Shown one piece after another: positions 10,326 through 21,394 of a DNA stretch of 64,000 nt. Position numbers and translations under genes: made by a program. The notes under the pieces were generated by a model that ran no database searches, was not told the DNA's origin, and saw nothing but the letters and a program-made list of their open reading frames with translations. Within the stretch, counting starts at the first letter, position 1. Each line of letters opens with the position of its first letter. Origin of the DNA: Heteronotia binoei (lineage: Eukaryota); NCBI RefSeq assembly GCF_032191835.1, contig NC_083223.1:255688001-255752000 (forward strand), read 5' to 3'.

Positions 10326-12016
10326 GACAGCTCGGCTTCCTTCTCCAACTTGTTCCCCCTGGTAAAATCCTCATCAAGCACCGCCGATAGTGCGGTGCTG
10401 CCCCAACTGGGCTCCTTCGGTCTCCCCAGGGTCTTCTTTGCCTTGGGACCTGTTGTCTTCGGTGCAGGGGGGGAGGCTTGAGGTTTCTCCAGGCATTCCC
10501 TGACCAGGTGCCCCGGGTCGCCAAATCAATAGCATCTGCAGGTGGCAGACCCTTTTGCGGAGCTGCTCAGCGTTGTTGGTTTTTTGGACTCAGTCTTTGC
10601 CCCTGACCGAGCCTCACGCCCCCCTCTCACTGTCGCTGCAGGGCCACCCTATCCATATTGGTTTCCACTTCGCCTGCCAGTTGCACCCACCCCACCAGCG
10701 TGTTTGGTCGTGCCTGGTGGAGGGCCCGATCCAGGAGGGTGGATTTGAGACCGCTCTGGTAGGCCTCGATCTTCATCACTTCGTTCCATCCCCTCACCCG
10801 GGCGCAGTGGGTCTGGAATTCCGCCGTGTACTCTCTCACCGAGCAGGTTCCTTGCTTCAGGTCTTTCAGCGCGTTGAGAGCCCGAGCCTCTCGGAGGGGG
10901 TCCTTGTATTGGCGCAGCATGGCTTGTAGAAAGGCATGCACACTTCCCAGCTCCGGGCTTCTTGATTCATACAAACTCACGTACCATCTTCGGACTGCTC
11001 CCGTGAGTTTCGATCCCAAATAATCCATCCGGTTCGGTTCGTCCGGGAAACTGGCCCCCCAGTAGTGCATGTAGCTTGTGGCCTCTACTTCTTCTGGGTC
11101 CCTGTCGAACTTGAGGTCCAGCTCACGGGGTTTCCCTGGTTCTCGAAGTGCGGGACCTCCGGGAGGGGGTGCCGGTGGCGCTGGGGCTCCTCCGCCTCCG
11201 CCAGGATTCAAAGATTGCAGCGGCGCGGGTGTCCCCAATCCTCGGGGTTGCCGGCGTTCCATCTCCCATAGTGCCTGCAGGCGGTCGATCTGCCTCCCCA
11301 CCTCCCAGGCAACTGCCTGGGTGTTGCTCTGGATCTCGCTTCGGAGGTCCCTCGCCAGCCCTTTCATCTGGGTTTTCACCTTCCCAAAGATTTTCTCTTC
11401 TAGGCGGGCCGCTTCATCTTCTTTCCCCAGAGCCCCGGCTCCTTCGTCCTCGTCCTCCAAGTCGGGTAGGCGCACGCGGGATGCATCGACCTCTTCTCCC
11501 GGCTCTCCTGTCTCGGGCTTGGTGAGGAGGGTCTCATGTCGGGCTGGGGCTTCGTCCATCAAGGTGGTGGATGTCCTCAGCTTCCACTGCTGTGGGCTGA
11601 TGAATAGGGTTTGGGTGTAGGACGGGGATTCGATTCCCATAGCTCGCCTATGTCCAAGGACGTGCCCCGGAAGAGTCTTCTGTTCCCCTGGAGGTTCTCC
11701 GTTATCCGGAACTTTTTCAGGAGAGCCAGTTTGGTGTAGTGGTTAAGTGTGCGGACTCTTATCTGGGAGAACCGGGTTTGATTCCCCACTCCTCCACTTG
11801 CACCTGCTAGCATGGTCTTGGGTCAGCCATAGCTCTGGCAGAAGTTGTCCTTGAAAGGGCAGCTGCTGTGAGAGCCCTCTCCAGCCCCACCCACCTCACA
11901 GGGTGTTTGTTGTGGGGGAGGAAGGTAAAGGAGATTGTGAGCCGCTCTGAGACTCTTCGGAGTGGAGGGCGGGATATAAATCCAATATCTTCTTCATCTT
12001 CTTCTTCTTCTGCCAT
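10301..12016 (-). pseudogene. gag (PEG10/RTL-like capsid plus degenerate CCHC zinc knuckle), disrupted
   Basis: Reconstructed start M-A-E (ATG at 12016) joins K-V-P-D-N-G after removing the SINE, in frame with the 337-aa ORF 10627-11640 (KFDRDP...SKLTGAVRRW...LKQGTCSVREYTAEF). One frameshift near 10630. Knuckle C-Y-*-F-G-D-P-G-H-L-V-R-E-C at 10534-10493. Stop TAA at 10303-10301. Confidence 0.9.
11721..12010 (+). mobile_element. Young Squam3-like SINE inserted after gag codon 3
   Basis: About 6 differences from the 8818-9100 copy (~98% identical, manual count); (CTT)n tail. Confidence 0.92.
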
Positions 12017-12060
12017 TCGACTTCAAAGTAGCCAGTTCAGATAAACCCCTTTTAAAAGAT

Positions 12061-12074
12061 GATTAGTCTAAAAA
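12061..12074 (-). promoter_or_regulatory. Non-tRNA primer-binding site (self-priming type)
   Basis: Element strand TTTTTAGACTAATC follows the 5' LTR and lacks the TGG start of a tRNA PBS; 10 of 11 nt are complementary to LTR sequence ATTAGTCTCAA (12167-12157). Confidence 0.75.
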
Positions 12075-12503
12075 TGTCAGGCGATGGAGACTCAAGACTG
12101 TATTCATTTGAGACAATGTAATACTTTTATTGGAAACTCATAGCTTGAAACAGAAATTGAGACTAATACCTTGGCAGGGGTGTTTCTGGGTTTTATGGAA
12201 TCTACATCAAAGCAACTTCTAAACAAAGACATTATTCTCAAGACAACAGGGAGTGAAGGTGCAAACTTTCACACGAGAGCCTCTGCTTATCTCCTAGCCT
12301 CTGGGAAGATGCTGGCCAGCAGCGGTATCTATTAACGGTCACATTCCTTTGCTCCCTTCACAACCTAAACAAAGTTAACATTTCAAACGTTTCCTTTGAT
12401 ATGCATGGCAACTACTATCTCACAAAGGCTAGGGGTTAGTATAGAAAAGTCCATTTGGTTAGTATTTTATAATTTCAGTACGATAGAGTTACAGAGCCTG
12501 ACA
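12075..12503 (-). repeat. 5' LTR of the chromovirus (429 bp)
   Basis: Direct repeat of 6224-6653; manual comparison gives 12 substitutions and 1 indel. On the minus strand: TATA-like CATAAAA (12197-12191) and AATAAA (12131-12126). Confidence 0.97.
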
Positions 12504-13468
12504 CTCATGCTGTTGAGTCCACCTTCCAGAGCCATTTTCTCCAGGGGAATTGAACTCTATGGTCTGGAAATGAGTCGTAATTCCAGGATATCTCCAGGTC
12601 CCACCTGGAGGTTGGCAACCCCAATCCCTCTGACTTCCCACAGAGGAAGTAGGGATGTCCTTCTGACACTGCTCAAGATTTTTCACCCTCTCCCACACCC
12701 TTCAGTGTTCCCTCCAAGCTGAGTTAGTGTGAACTAGCTCACAGATTTTTAGTCTCCAGCTCACACATTTTTGTCTTAGCTCAGGAAGGATGAAGTCAGA
12801 GCACACTAATTTATGCAGTAGCTCACAACTTTAATGCCAGTAGCTCACAAAGTAGAATTTTTGCTCACAAGACTCTGCAGCTTAGAGGGGACATTGACCC
12901 CCCTTATGCTTACTCTATACAAATGACTTGGTAAGAAGCTCATCTCTGAGCCATGAGGCTGCTGCTGTCTGCTTCTGTGGGTTTGAGGTATATTTTTGAC
13001 AACCCACGTGCGCTACAAATATGTTGGAAATACTTCTCAGCAGCTGCAGCGTGTGAAATAGCAGTCTGGGCGCTGCAGCATGTGCACACGCATGCGTTGG
13101 CAAAAATGTGTGCTAGAGAGACAAGATGCATCCATCTGTCTCAGAGATTTGTCTTCGAGCATCCCTTGGGAGGGAAGTAAACCCTGAAGAATGCTAACAA
13201 CTTAACATTAACAAAGTCTTAATAAGATGTCCCCCAAAGGCAAAGACAAGGACGGTGATTTACATGGAACGGAGACCAGAAAAACAGAGCCTGTTGCTGG
13301 CAAACAGGGACAGAAGGGAATGTGTGCACCAATCAAGTACAAAAAGTACATGTGCATCTTTTTCTATCACGTTATAATACAGGGCTACAAACCAGGCGTG
13401 TCTGTCTACCATGTGTTTGGATACATCTATCCAACGGCAAGAAGTGAAAATTAAACGATGGACTAGAT

Positions 13469-14070
13469 CAGTGATGTCAAACTCATTTATTATGAAGGCC
13501 GGATCTGACATAAATGAGACCTTGTCAGGCCAGGCCATGTCGGGCTGGGCCATATGTGTACTTATTTAAGATAAGGTGGCAGAGATATAAACTTTTTAAA
13601 GGGCACAGACAAACACAATTAAAGGTTTTTGTTTTTTTAAAATCTGTAAAATAAAACATGCTTAAAACATTAGAACTCATTGGTCTTAAAGGTTCTTTCT
13701 TTGTATTTCTCCCATGGGATCCAGGGAACTGGGCAAAGGAAGCTCTGGCTCTTTCCTTCCCTCCCTAGGGGACAAGGAGGGGGAGGAGCCTCAGCCAATA
13801 GAGGAAAACAGGCTTGGCTCAGTAGCTCTGCTTTGCAACTGAGAGAGCCTGGCAAAACAAGCTCTGTCTCTCCCCCCGCTTCCTCCCCAAGGGAAGAGCC
13901 TCAGCCAATGGAGAAAACAGAGGTGTGAGGGACCTGGCGAAACAAGCTGTGATGCAGAATGAAGTAAGAGAGAGGGAGAAGGAAGCAGATGACAGCCAGT
14001 TGCTCAGGGGCCTGATAGGAGCCCTCTGGGAGCCTGATTCAGCCCCCGGGCCACATATTTGACACACCTG
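13469..14070 (+). mobile_element. Non-autonomous hAT (Charlie/Buster-type) element
   Basis: Imperfect TIR CAGTGATGTCAAA / TTTGACACACCTG; perfect 8-bp TSD GACTAGAT. Confidence 0.9.
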
Positions 14071-15524
14071 GACTAGATGGTTCATTAGTGTGATCAAGCA
14101 GGGCACCTCTTATCGGCATAAGTATTTCTATATTACTTTTGGTGTACAAAGCCCTTCAAACATTATTGTGCAGCAATCCTTACACCAGCAACACTGTACA
14201 GTAGGCTGGTATTATTAACCCCATGTGCTCTGAAGCATCATATCCAACCCCTGGGCATTCTATTCTGCCCTTTTCTTCTGCAGTTTCACCACAAATCATC
14301 TATACAAGTCTTAGCTTATGAAAATACCCATAAGACCTGGAAACGTCCCCTTTCACATCCCCACCCATATTTTAAATGAAAGCTTGGTCCTATGTGCACA
14401 ATGCCACATCCTGTGTTTTTCCAGCATTTCCAGTGAATCCCAGCACACAAAGTCCTGAAAGCATTCGGCCTCGTTCACAAACGCCCATTTGGGAAAATAA
14501 CAGCCCAGAAAGGAAGTGAGCATTCTGCCGCTGTCAAGGAAGCAGGATGGAGACCACAACTCTGACCCACAATCTCTCTCCAGGAAGCTCCATTAGATGT
14601 GGGCAGACTGAACAAGCCACCTACGTCTTCCTTTAGAGGGCATCGGCCCAGGAATACAAGGTGCACATCTGCATCGATCACGGGATGCCTGCACAGGTCT
14701 TGAACGGAGTGCGAGAACAAAAGCCGAAGCATTCCTACTAGATGTGGTGCTACTGGACCTCTGGTCCCAGTGCAAGGTCAGTTAATACATTCAGGCAGGG
14801 CTTTTTTTGTAGCAGGAACTTCTTTGCATATTAGGCCACACATCCCTGATGTAGCCAATCCTCCAGGAGCTTACAGGGCTCTTCTTACAGGGCCTCCTGT
14901 AAGCTCCAGGAGGATTGGCTACATCAGGGGGATGTGGCCTAATATGCAAAGGAGTTCCAGCTACAAAAAAAGCCCTAGACCACAGCTTCCTTCTGTGAGT
15001 CTCTGGGGTCTTTCGCCAAGCAGGGCATGCATGCTATTTCTTAATATATCCTTTCTGCCACAATATTATCACACTTTCTTTCTTTGGTATTTTTGCCTTT
15101 TTATGAGTGTGCACGTGAGTGTATATACAGTGAAGTCATGGCAACCTCTGGTGACTGACCCCTACTGGTGGCCTGGAGGATATTCAGGGAGGTGGCTGAA
15201 TAAAACCTATCCCCATCTGCCGTCTGCTGGTATTCAGGGCTATTTTGGGAGGAAAAGCCCAGCAGGAACTTATTTGCATACTAGGCCACACCATGCCACC
15301 ATTGTTTCATACAGGGCTTTTTTGTAGAAAAAGCCAGCAGGAACTCATCTGCATATTAGGCCACACCCCCTGACACTAAGCCAGCCGGTACTGCATTCCT
15401 GTGCATTCCTGCTCAAAAAAACCCCCAAACCCTGCTGGTATTCCTTTGGAGGTCTCGCATCCAAGGTAGCCCAAAACGTTAATCCTGGAGATGCCCCTCC
15501 CCAAGAAGCAGAGTATAAGTGGGG

Positions 15525-16018
15525 GAACATAAGAGAAGCCATGTTGGATCAGGCCAATGGCCCATCCAGTCCAACACTCTCTGCCACACAGTGGCCAGAA
15601 AAACCAGGCACCATCAGGAGATCCATCAGAGGGGCCAGGACACTATAAGTCCTCCCACTATGCCCCCCTCCAAGCACCAAGAATACAGAGCACAACTGAC
15701 CCAGACAGAGAGCTCCAACAATACGCTATGGCTAATAGCCACTGATGGACCTCTGCTCCATATTCCCATTCCCCTCTTGAAGCTGGCTATGCTTGTAGCC
15801 ACTGTCAACTTCTGTGGCAGTGAATTCCGTGTCTTAATCACCCTTTGGGTAAAGAAGTATTTTCTTTTATCAGTTCTAACCCGACCGCTCAGCGATTTCA
15901 ACGAATGTCCACAAGTTCTCGTATTGTGAGAAAGGGAGAAAAATACTTCTTTCTTTACCTTCTCTATCCCATGCATAATCTTGTAAACCTCAATCATGTC
16001 ACCCCTCAGTCGACTTCA
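15525..16018 (-). mobile_element. CR1 LINE 3' fragment
   Basis: MIEVYKIMHGIEKVKKEVFFSLSHNTRTCGH...KRKYFFTQRVI; UTR also present at 43370-43548. Confidence 0.9.
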
Positions 16019-17850
16019 TGGATGGAAAAAAATATCTAGCTTTTAAATCAATCATTGCTTATATCCCACACTTCTTCAGAGACCTTCTCCTTTTATTTAA
16101 TTAAATTACCTTGTTGGGTTTTGTTTTGTTTTTTAAAAAAACACACTGTTCTTCTAAGGAGTTCAAGGCTGTATACTTCTAGAAAACAAACATTTTTCCC
16201 CTGACTCCACTTCACAAAAATCAGGACAACGGCTACTCTGGTAATTGTTGAAAAATGTGCTTTATATGATGCTGTCTTATTTTCTCTCCCCTCCGCCCCC
16301 CCCCCCTTCAAATCTCACATCAAAACCCACTGTTCCCATTAAGCTTTTTGCACAACTCCCAAACAACAAAGCCAACTGGACAAAACCCATCATCTTCCCT
16401 CTGCCCGTTCCCCTCCCAGTTCTGCTCTTGTCCCTGTTTGTATTTCAAGATTGTAACCCCCCTCTTGCAGCCATCCATGTACTAATCAGGGCTGACCATG
16501 CTTAGCTTCTAAGTAAGGTCACCAGTTCCCAGGTGGTACCTGGGGATCTCCTGCTATGAGGGGTGGAATTCTAGCAGGAGCTCCTTTGCATATTAGGCCA
16601 CACACTCTGATGTAGCCAATCCTCCAAGAGCTTACAAAAAAGAGCCTTGTAAGCTCTTGAAAGATTGGCTACATCAGGGGTGTGTGGCCTAATATGCAAA
16701 GGAGCTCCTACTAGAATTCCACCCCTGCCTGCTATTCCAATTGATCTGCAGACTACACAAGACCAGTTCCCCTGAAGAAAACAGCTGCTTTGGAGGGTGA
16801 ACTCTACGGCATTATTTCCTGCAGAGGCACTTCCCTTCCACAAACCCCGCCCTCCCCAGGTGCCACCCCCCAAAAATCTCTAGGTATTTTCCAGTCCAGA
16901 GCTAGTAACCCTTCTTCCGACAACATTAGGCTAGCCTAGACCATTCAGGTAATGGAGAAATATGTAAGTGATACAATCACTAACTGCAGAGTGACAAATC
17001 TTTACTGTTGTATGTGTGAGAAAGACGAGGGGGATCTGGGTACCAATCCCCACTCGGCCAAGAAGTTCCTTGGGCAAACTTAGGCCTCTCTCTCTCACTC
17101 AGTGCTTTGGCCCTTTTCTCCTACAAAGTCAGGATCAAATTAACTGCACTGTTGAATAAGCCAATTTGTCCTTCAAATCTAAATACTTTTCACATTGCAC
17201 CTATTTAAGAAATTACTGCAACCCCCCATTTCTCCGAAATTAACTCAAATGCCCATACTTCTAGTGCAGGAGCCAATTTTTTTAAAAAAAAAATATTATC
17301 TTTCCTTGTATTGATTTTTTGAGCGGCAGAATGTACATTACACAAAACCAAGAACCTTTATTAAATTAAAAAGCGGGAGGAAGAACAGCCTTCCTAGTGT
17401 TTCACACACCACAATATCATTACAGGCAGCAATGACCTGAACACTTTACAGTAAGAGCAATGAAACATGGATATCAATTATGAGGCAAAGAATACATAGA
17501 CATGAAGCTCTCCTGTTTACGCCTCTAAAATTCTCCCTTTGCTTGCTTTTATTTCTCATTACTGCTGTGAACATCTGCCTTAATTTTTCACGTGAAAGAC
17601 AAACTATAAACGAAATAAAGAAAGAACTAAGCATACTTTTAAGTTGATCTCAAGCAAGCAAGATTGCGCCAGGAGGAGCTCTTTTTGGATTCATGTCTTG
17701 GATTTATTTATGATTTGGATTGATATATATGTGCATAAATATGCACATGCAGTATGTAAAATTATGAGGTTGCTGAATGGCACTTTTTTTCTTGTATGAA
17801 TCACATTTTGTAAATATATTTTTCACAGAGTGGTTTTGATTTATTTACAA

Positions 17851-18205
17851 GATCTAGGGCTTTCTCGGTGGCAGCACCAGAACTCTGGAACACCCTCCCA
17901 GAAGCTATAAGGGCCCTGCGGGATTTGTCAGCGTTCCGCAGGGCCTGTAAGACCGAACTGTTTAAACAGGCTTTTGTGGTTGATTGAAAATGGGCTGCCA
18001 CCGGACATCCCACAGAATGCTGGCGAGCATAGGCAGAAGTCAATACCGCCTAGATTGGACTGAGACAGCGCTAATAGTTTTAAATTGATAAGTAAATTAT
18101 GGTTTTATATGTTTTATTGAATTGATTGTTTTTATGATGTTCTGAGTCCGCTTGCGGAGAGGGCGGGATATAAATGCAAAGTAATAAATAAATAAATAAA
18201 TAAAA
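17851..18205 (+). mobile_element. L2 LINE 3' fragment
   Basis: RAFSVAAPELWNTLPEAIRALRDLSAFRRACKTELF; ends GAGGGCGGGATATAAAT plus (TAAA)n. Confidence 0.88.
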
Positions 18206-19869
18206 TTTATTTAAGAGGGAACATTGGCCAGGACAGTATTTTGTTGTAGAACCAAGCTTGAGTCCAGTGGTGACTTCAAGACCAACTAAGTTTTATTCTG
18301 GGTGTAAGCTTTTTGAAGAAGTGTGCATGCACATGACAGCTTATATCCAGAATTAAATGTTGTTGGTCATAAAGGTACCCCTGGACTCAGACTTCATTCT
18401 GCAGCTTCAGATCAATACAGCTACCACCCAAAAGCAGTTTGTTGTGTTCTCCACCCCCATCCCCTTCCAGCTTATTCCGTTCAAGACAGCATTGGACAGC
18501 AATGGCAAAGGATAGAACATGGGTGTCAAACTCATTTGTTATGAGGGCCAGATCTGACATAAATGAGACCTTCTTGGGCTACCTTCCAACCTGACTCCAC
18601 TGTGTGTATCTTCATCTAGCTCTGCAAACATATCCCATCTCCACTATACTATACTATACTCCACTACACTATAATCTGGCTTTGCACACAAACATGCATG
18701 TGATAGGCATGGACGCTGGAAGCCTGGGGAAATTTAATTTTCCCAAAACTTAACCATGTGTATGCCCTGTCCCCTGACAGCCTCTCACCTTTCTATGACC
18801 TAAGAAAATATCTCTCCATAGCCTCTTATCTCAATAGGCATGAAGGGGGGGGGGGGGGGGTGGAGACAACAATTTCTCTCTTTTCTGTTTTATCATAATC
18901 AAGACTTGAAAACTTTGACAGGGCTGACAACTTCATTTTGTTGGTTTTGCTCCTCTGCCATTCAGAAGGCTCAAAGGCTGTGTTCATCCTCTGCCTGTGA
19001 AATGCAAATAGCAAGCTCTTGCAGTCTCAGATCAGAGTCAACATATGAGGAAACTGGATTAACCTTCCAGCACTACTCTTTTATTTATTTACTAAATTAG
19101 CAATGCCGCCTTTCTGCGCTATCAGCGCCACCAAGGCAACTAACAGTTAAAGCATCATAAAAACACTTAAAACTGGGGGGGGGGGGGGTTGTAGCAGGAA
19201 CTCCTTGGCTTATTAGGCCACACCCCCTGATGTAGCCAATCCTCCAAGAGCTTACAGGGCTCTTCTTACAGGGCCTACTGTAAGTTCTTGGAGGATTGGC
19301 TACATCAGGGGTATGTGGCCTAATATGCAAAAGAGTTCCTGCTTCAAAAAAAGCCCTGTAACAAGACACACACATTAATAGTGCATACATCAGCAATTAA
19401 AACACAGGAAGGAGGGATCATTGAGGGGATGCCAGATAAAACACAAAAAAATCTTCACCCACTGGCAAAAGCCACAAACAAAAGGAGAGCGATATCCCTG
19501 GGGAGAGGGTGCCAAAGATTGGGTGCCATGCCTAAGAAGCCCTCTCAGTTAAGAGTTGCCAACTTCCAGGTAGTACCTGGAGATCTCCTGCTATTATAAT
19601 TTATCTTCAGTCAATCCTGGTGAAAATGGCTGCTTTGAAGGGTAGACTTGTACTCTGCTAAGGTCCCTCCCCTCCCCAAACCCCACCCTCCCCAAGCTCC
19701 ACACCCAAAATACCCCAGTATTTCTCAACCCAGAGCTAGCAGCCCTGCCCTCTCTCAGTTTCTCATTTATCCAATTGCACATTGTGAGGGAACCTGAAGC
19801 AGGATTGTGGAAGATGACCTTAATAGTCAGGTAGGTTTGTAGAGGAGAATATGGTCTGTCAGCTACGCT

Positions 19870-20110
19870 GGTTCCAAGCTACACTGGGTTCTAAAGGTCA
19901 ACACTGGCACTTTGAATTGGGTTGGGAAAGAAACTGGAAGCCAGTGTAGATGGACCTGGACCATCAAGACTAGAGTGATACGATCCCTGTGACCCACTCG
20001 AGTCAACATCCTGACGGCAGCATTCTGCATTAATTGACGTTTCAGAGCACTTTTCAAGGGCAGCCCCAAATAGTTTGAATGGCAGCAATCTATTCTAGAT
20101 GTTACCAGGG
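19870..20110 (-). mobile_element. L2 ORF2 internal fragment
   Basis: VHALVTSRIDCCHS...QLMQNAAVRML...HLHWLPV. Another decayed L2 3' end lies at ~40815-41125(-). Confidence 0.8.
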
Positions 20111-20960
20111 CATGCACCCTTCTGATCAGGAAAGACTGCAGCTGGCTAACCAATCAATGCCAGTAAACAGCAGCAACTCAAGGTGGAACAGCACAGGCGC
20201 ACGGCTCCCCTGCAGCCGCTTTCACCGGTATCTCCCTTGTCATGGAGGCAAGGGGGGGAGGGGCATTCCAGCGCCCTCCCGGGGCTCACACCGGCACACT
20301 TACCAGGGCCACGCCCCAGGCAGCCACCTGGTTTGCCTAATCCAAGTGCCAGCCCTGCTGATAAAAGCCACTCCTTACTGCAGCTGCCACCTGCTTGTCC
20401 AGCAGCTGGACCACTGGATTGGCAGTAGGCCCATATCCAGAAGTGCCCCCAAGTTATGGACCTGTTCCTTCAAGGCGAATGCACTTTAATTCCTGAGTCA
20501 TGCCTTCCATTCACCAGTAGCACTTCCATCTTGTTGGAATTGAGCTTCAAATTTATTAGCCCACATCTGCCGCAGAACTGTCTTCAACTTTGAAAGGATG
20601 AGGGGAGAACACAGAGATTAACCAAACCCTGAAGGGAGGAAGGGATATGTATTTACGACTGGGGGAATGACACTGGAGGATGATTTGCACATACCCCTCC
20701 CATGCATGAGACACCCCCAATCTGAATCAGCAGCTCCCACAGCTGCTATTTAATAGCTTTAAAATGCTCTAGAGATCAACCAGGGTGTCTTCCGGCATTT
20801 TATCTGGTTTGATTCCCAAGAGTATCTCTATAGGGTAGCACCTTCCCTCCAGCTAAAAAAAGAAACAGAAGTCACCTGCCTCTCTTGCTGGGACCTGAGA
20901 CTGCACATCCATCATTCCTATAGAGTTAAGGATTATTCCAATGTCCATTAAAATCAACAA

Positions 20961-21394
20961 NNNNNNNNNNNNNNNNNNNNNNNNNNNNNNNNNNNNNNNN
21001 NNNNNNNNNNNNNNNNNNNNNNNNNNNNNNNNNNNNNNNNNNNNNNNNNNNNNNNNNNNNNNNNNNNNNNNNNNNNNNNNNNNNNNNNNNNNNNNNNNNN
21101 NNNNNNNNNNNNNNNNNNNNNNNNNNNNNNNNNNNNNNNNNNNNNNNNNNNNNNNNNNNNNNNNNNNNNNNNNNNNNNNNNNNNNNNNNNNNNNNNNNNN
21201 NNNNNNNNNNNNNNNNNNNNNNNNNNNNNNNNNNNNNNNNNNNNNNNNNNNNNNNNNNNNNNNNNNNNNNNNNNNNNNNNNNNNNNNNNNNNNNNNNNNN
21301 NNNNNNNNNNNNNNNNNNNNNNNNNNNNNNNNNNNNNNNNNNNNNNNNNNNNNNNNNNNNNNNNNNNNNNNNNNNNNNNNNNNNNNNNNNNNNN
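20961..21394. other. Assembly gap (N)
   Basis: Run of N. Confidence 0.99.

Larger units (their letters stand above)
6224..12503 (-). mobile_element. Full-length, decayed Ty3/Gypsy LTR retrotransposon (chromovirus, Tf1/sushi-like)
   Basis: Two direct LTRs with TGTCAGG...CCTGACA termini; flanks CTCAA (6219-6223) and CTCA(T) (12504-12508) form a 4-5 bp TSD; internal order gag-PR-RT-RH-IN-chromodomain; PPT next to the left LTR; several stops and frameshifts and two SINE insertions. Confidence 0.97.

Noticed and set aside
11078-11620. Plus-strand ORFs of 180, 125 and 124 aa over gag
   Set aside because: Antisense shadow ORFs of a GC-rich coding region, with no recognisable domain.
10301-12016. 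Domesticated PEG10/RTL-like host gene
   Set aside because: It is flanked by two young LTRs and a TSD, and gag has a SINE, a frameshift and a stop in the zinc knuckle. This is a decaying transposon copy, not a conserved gene.
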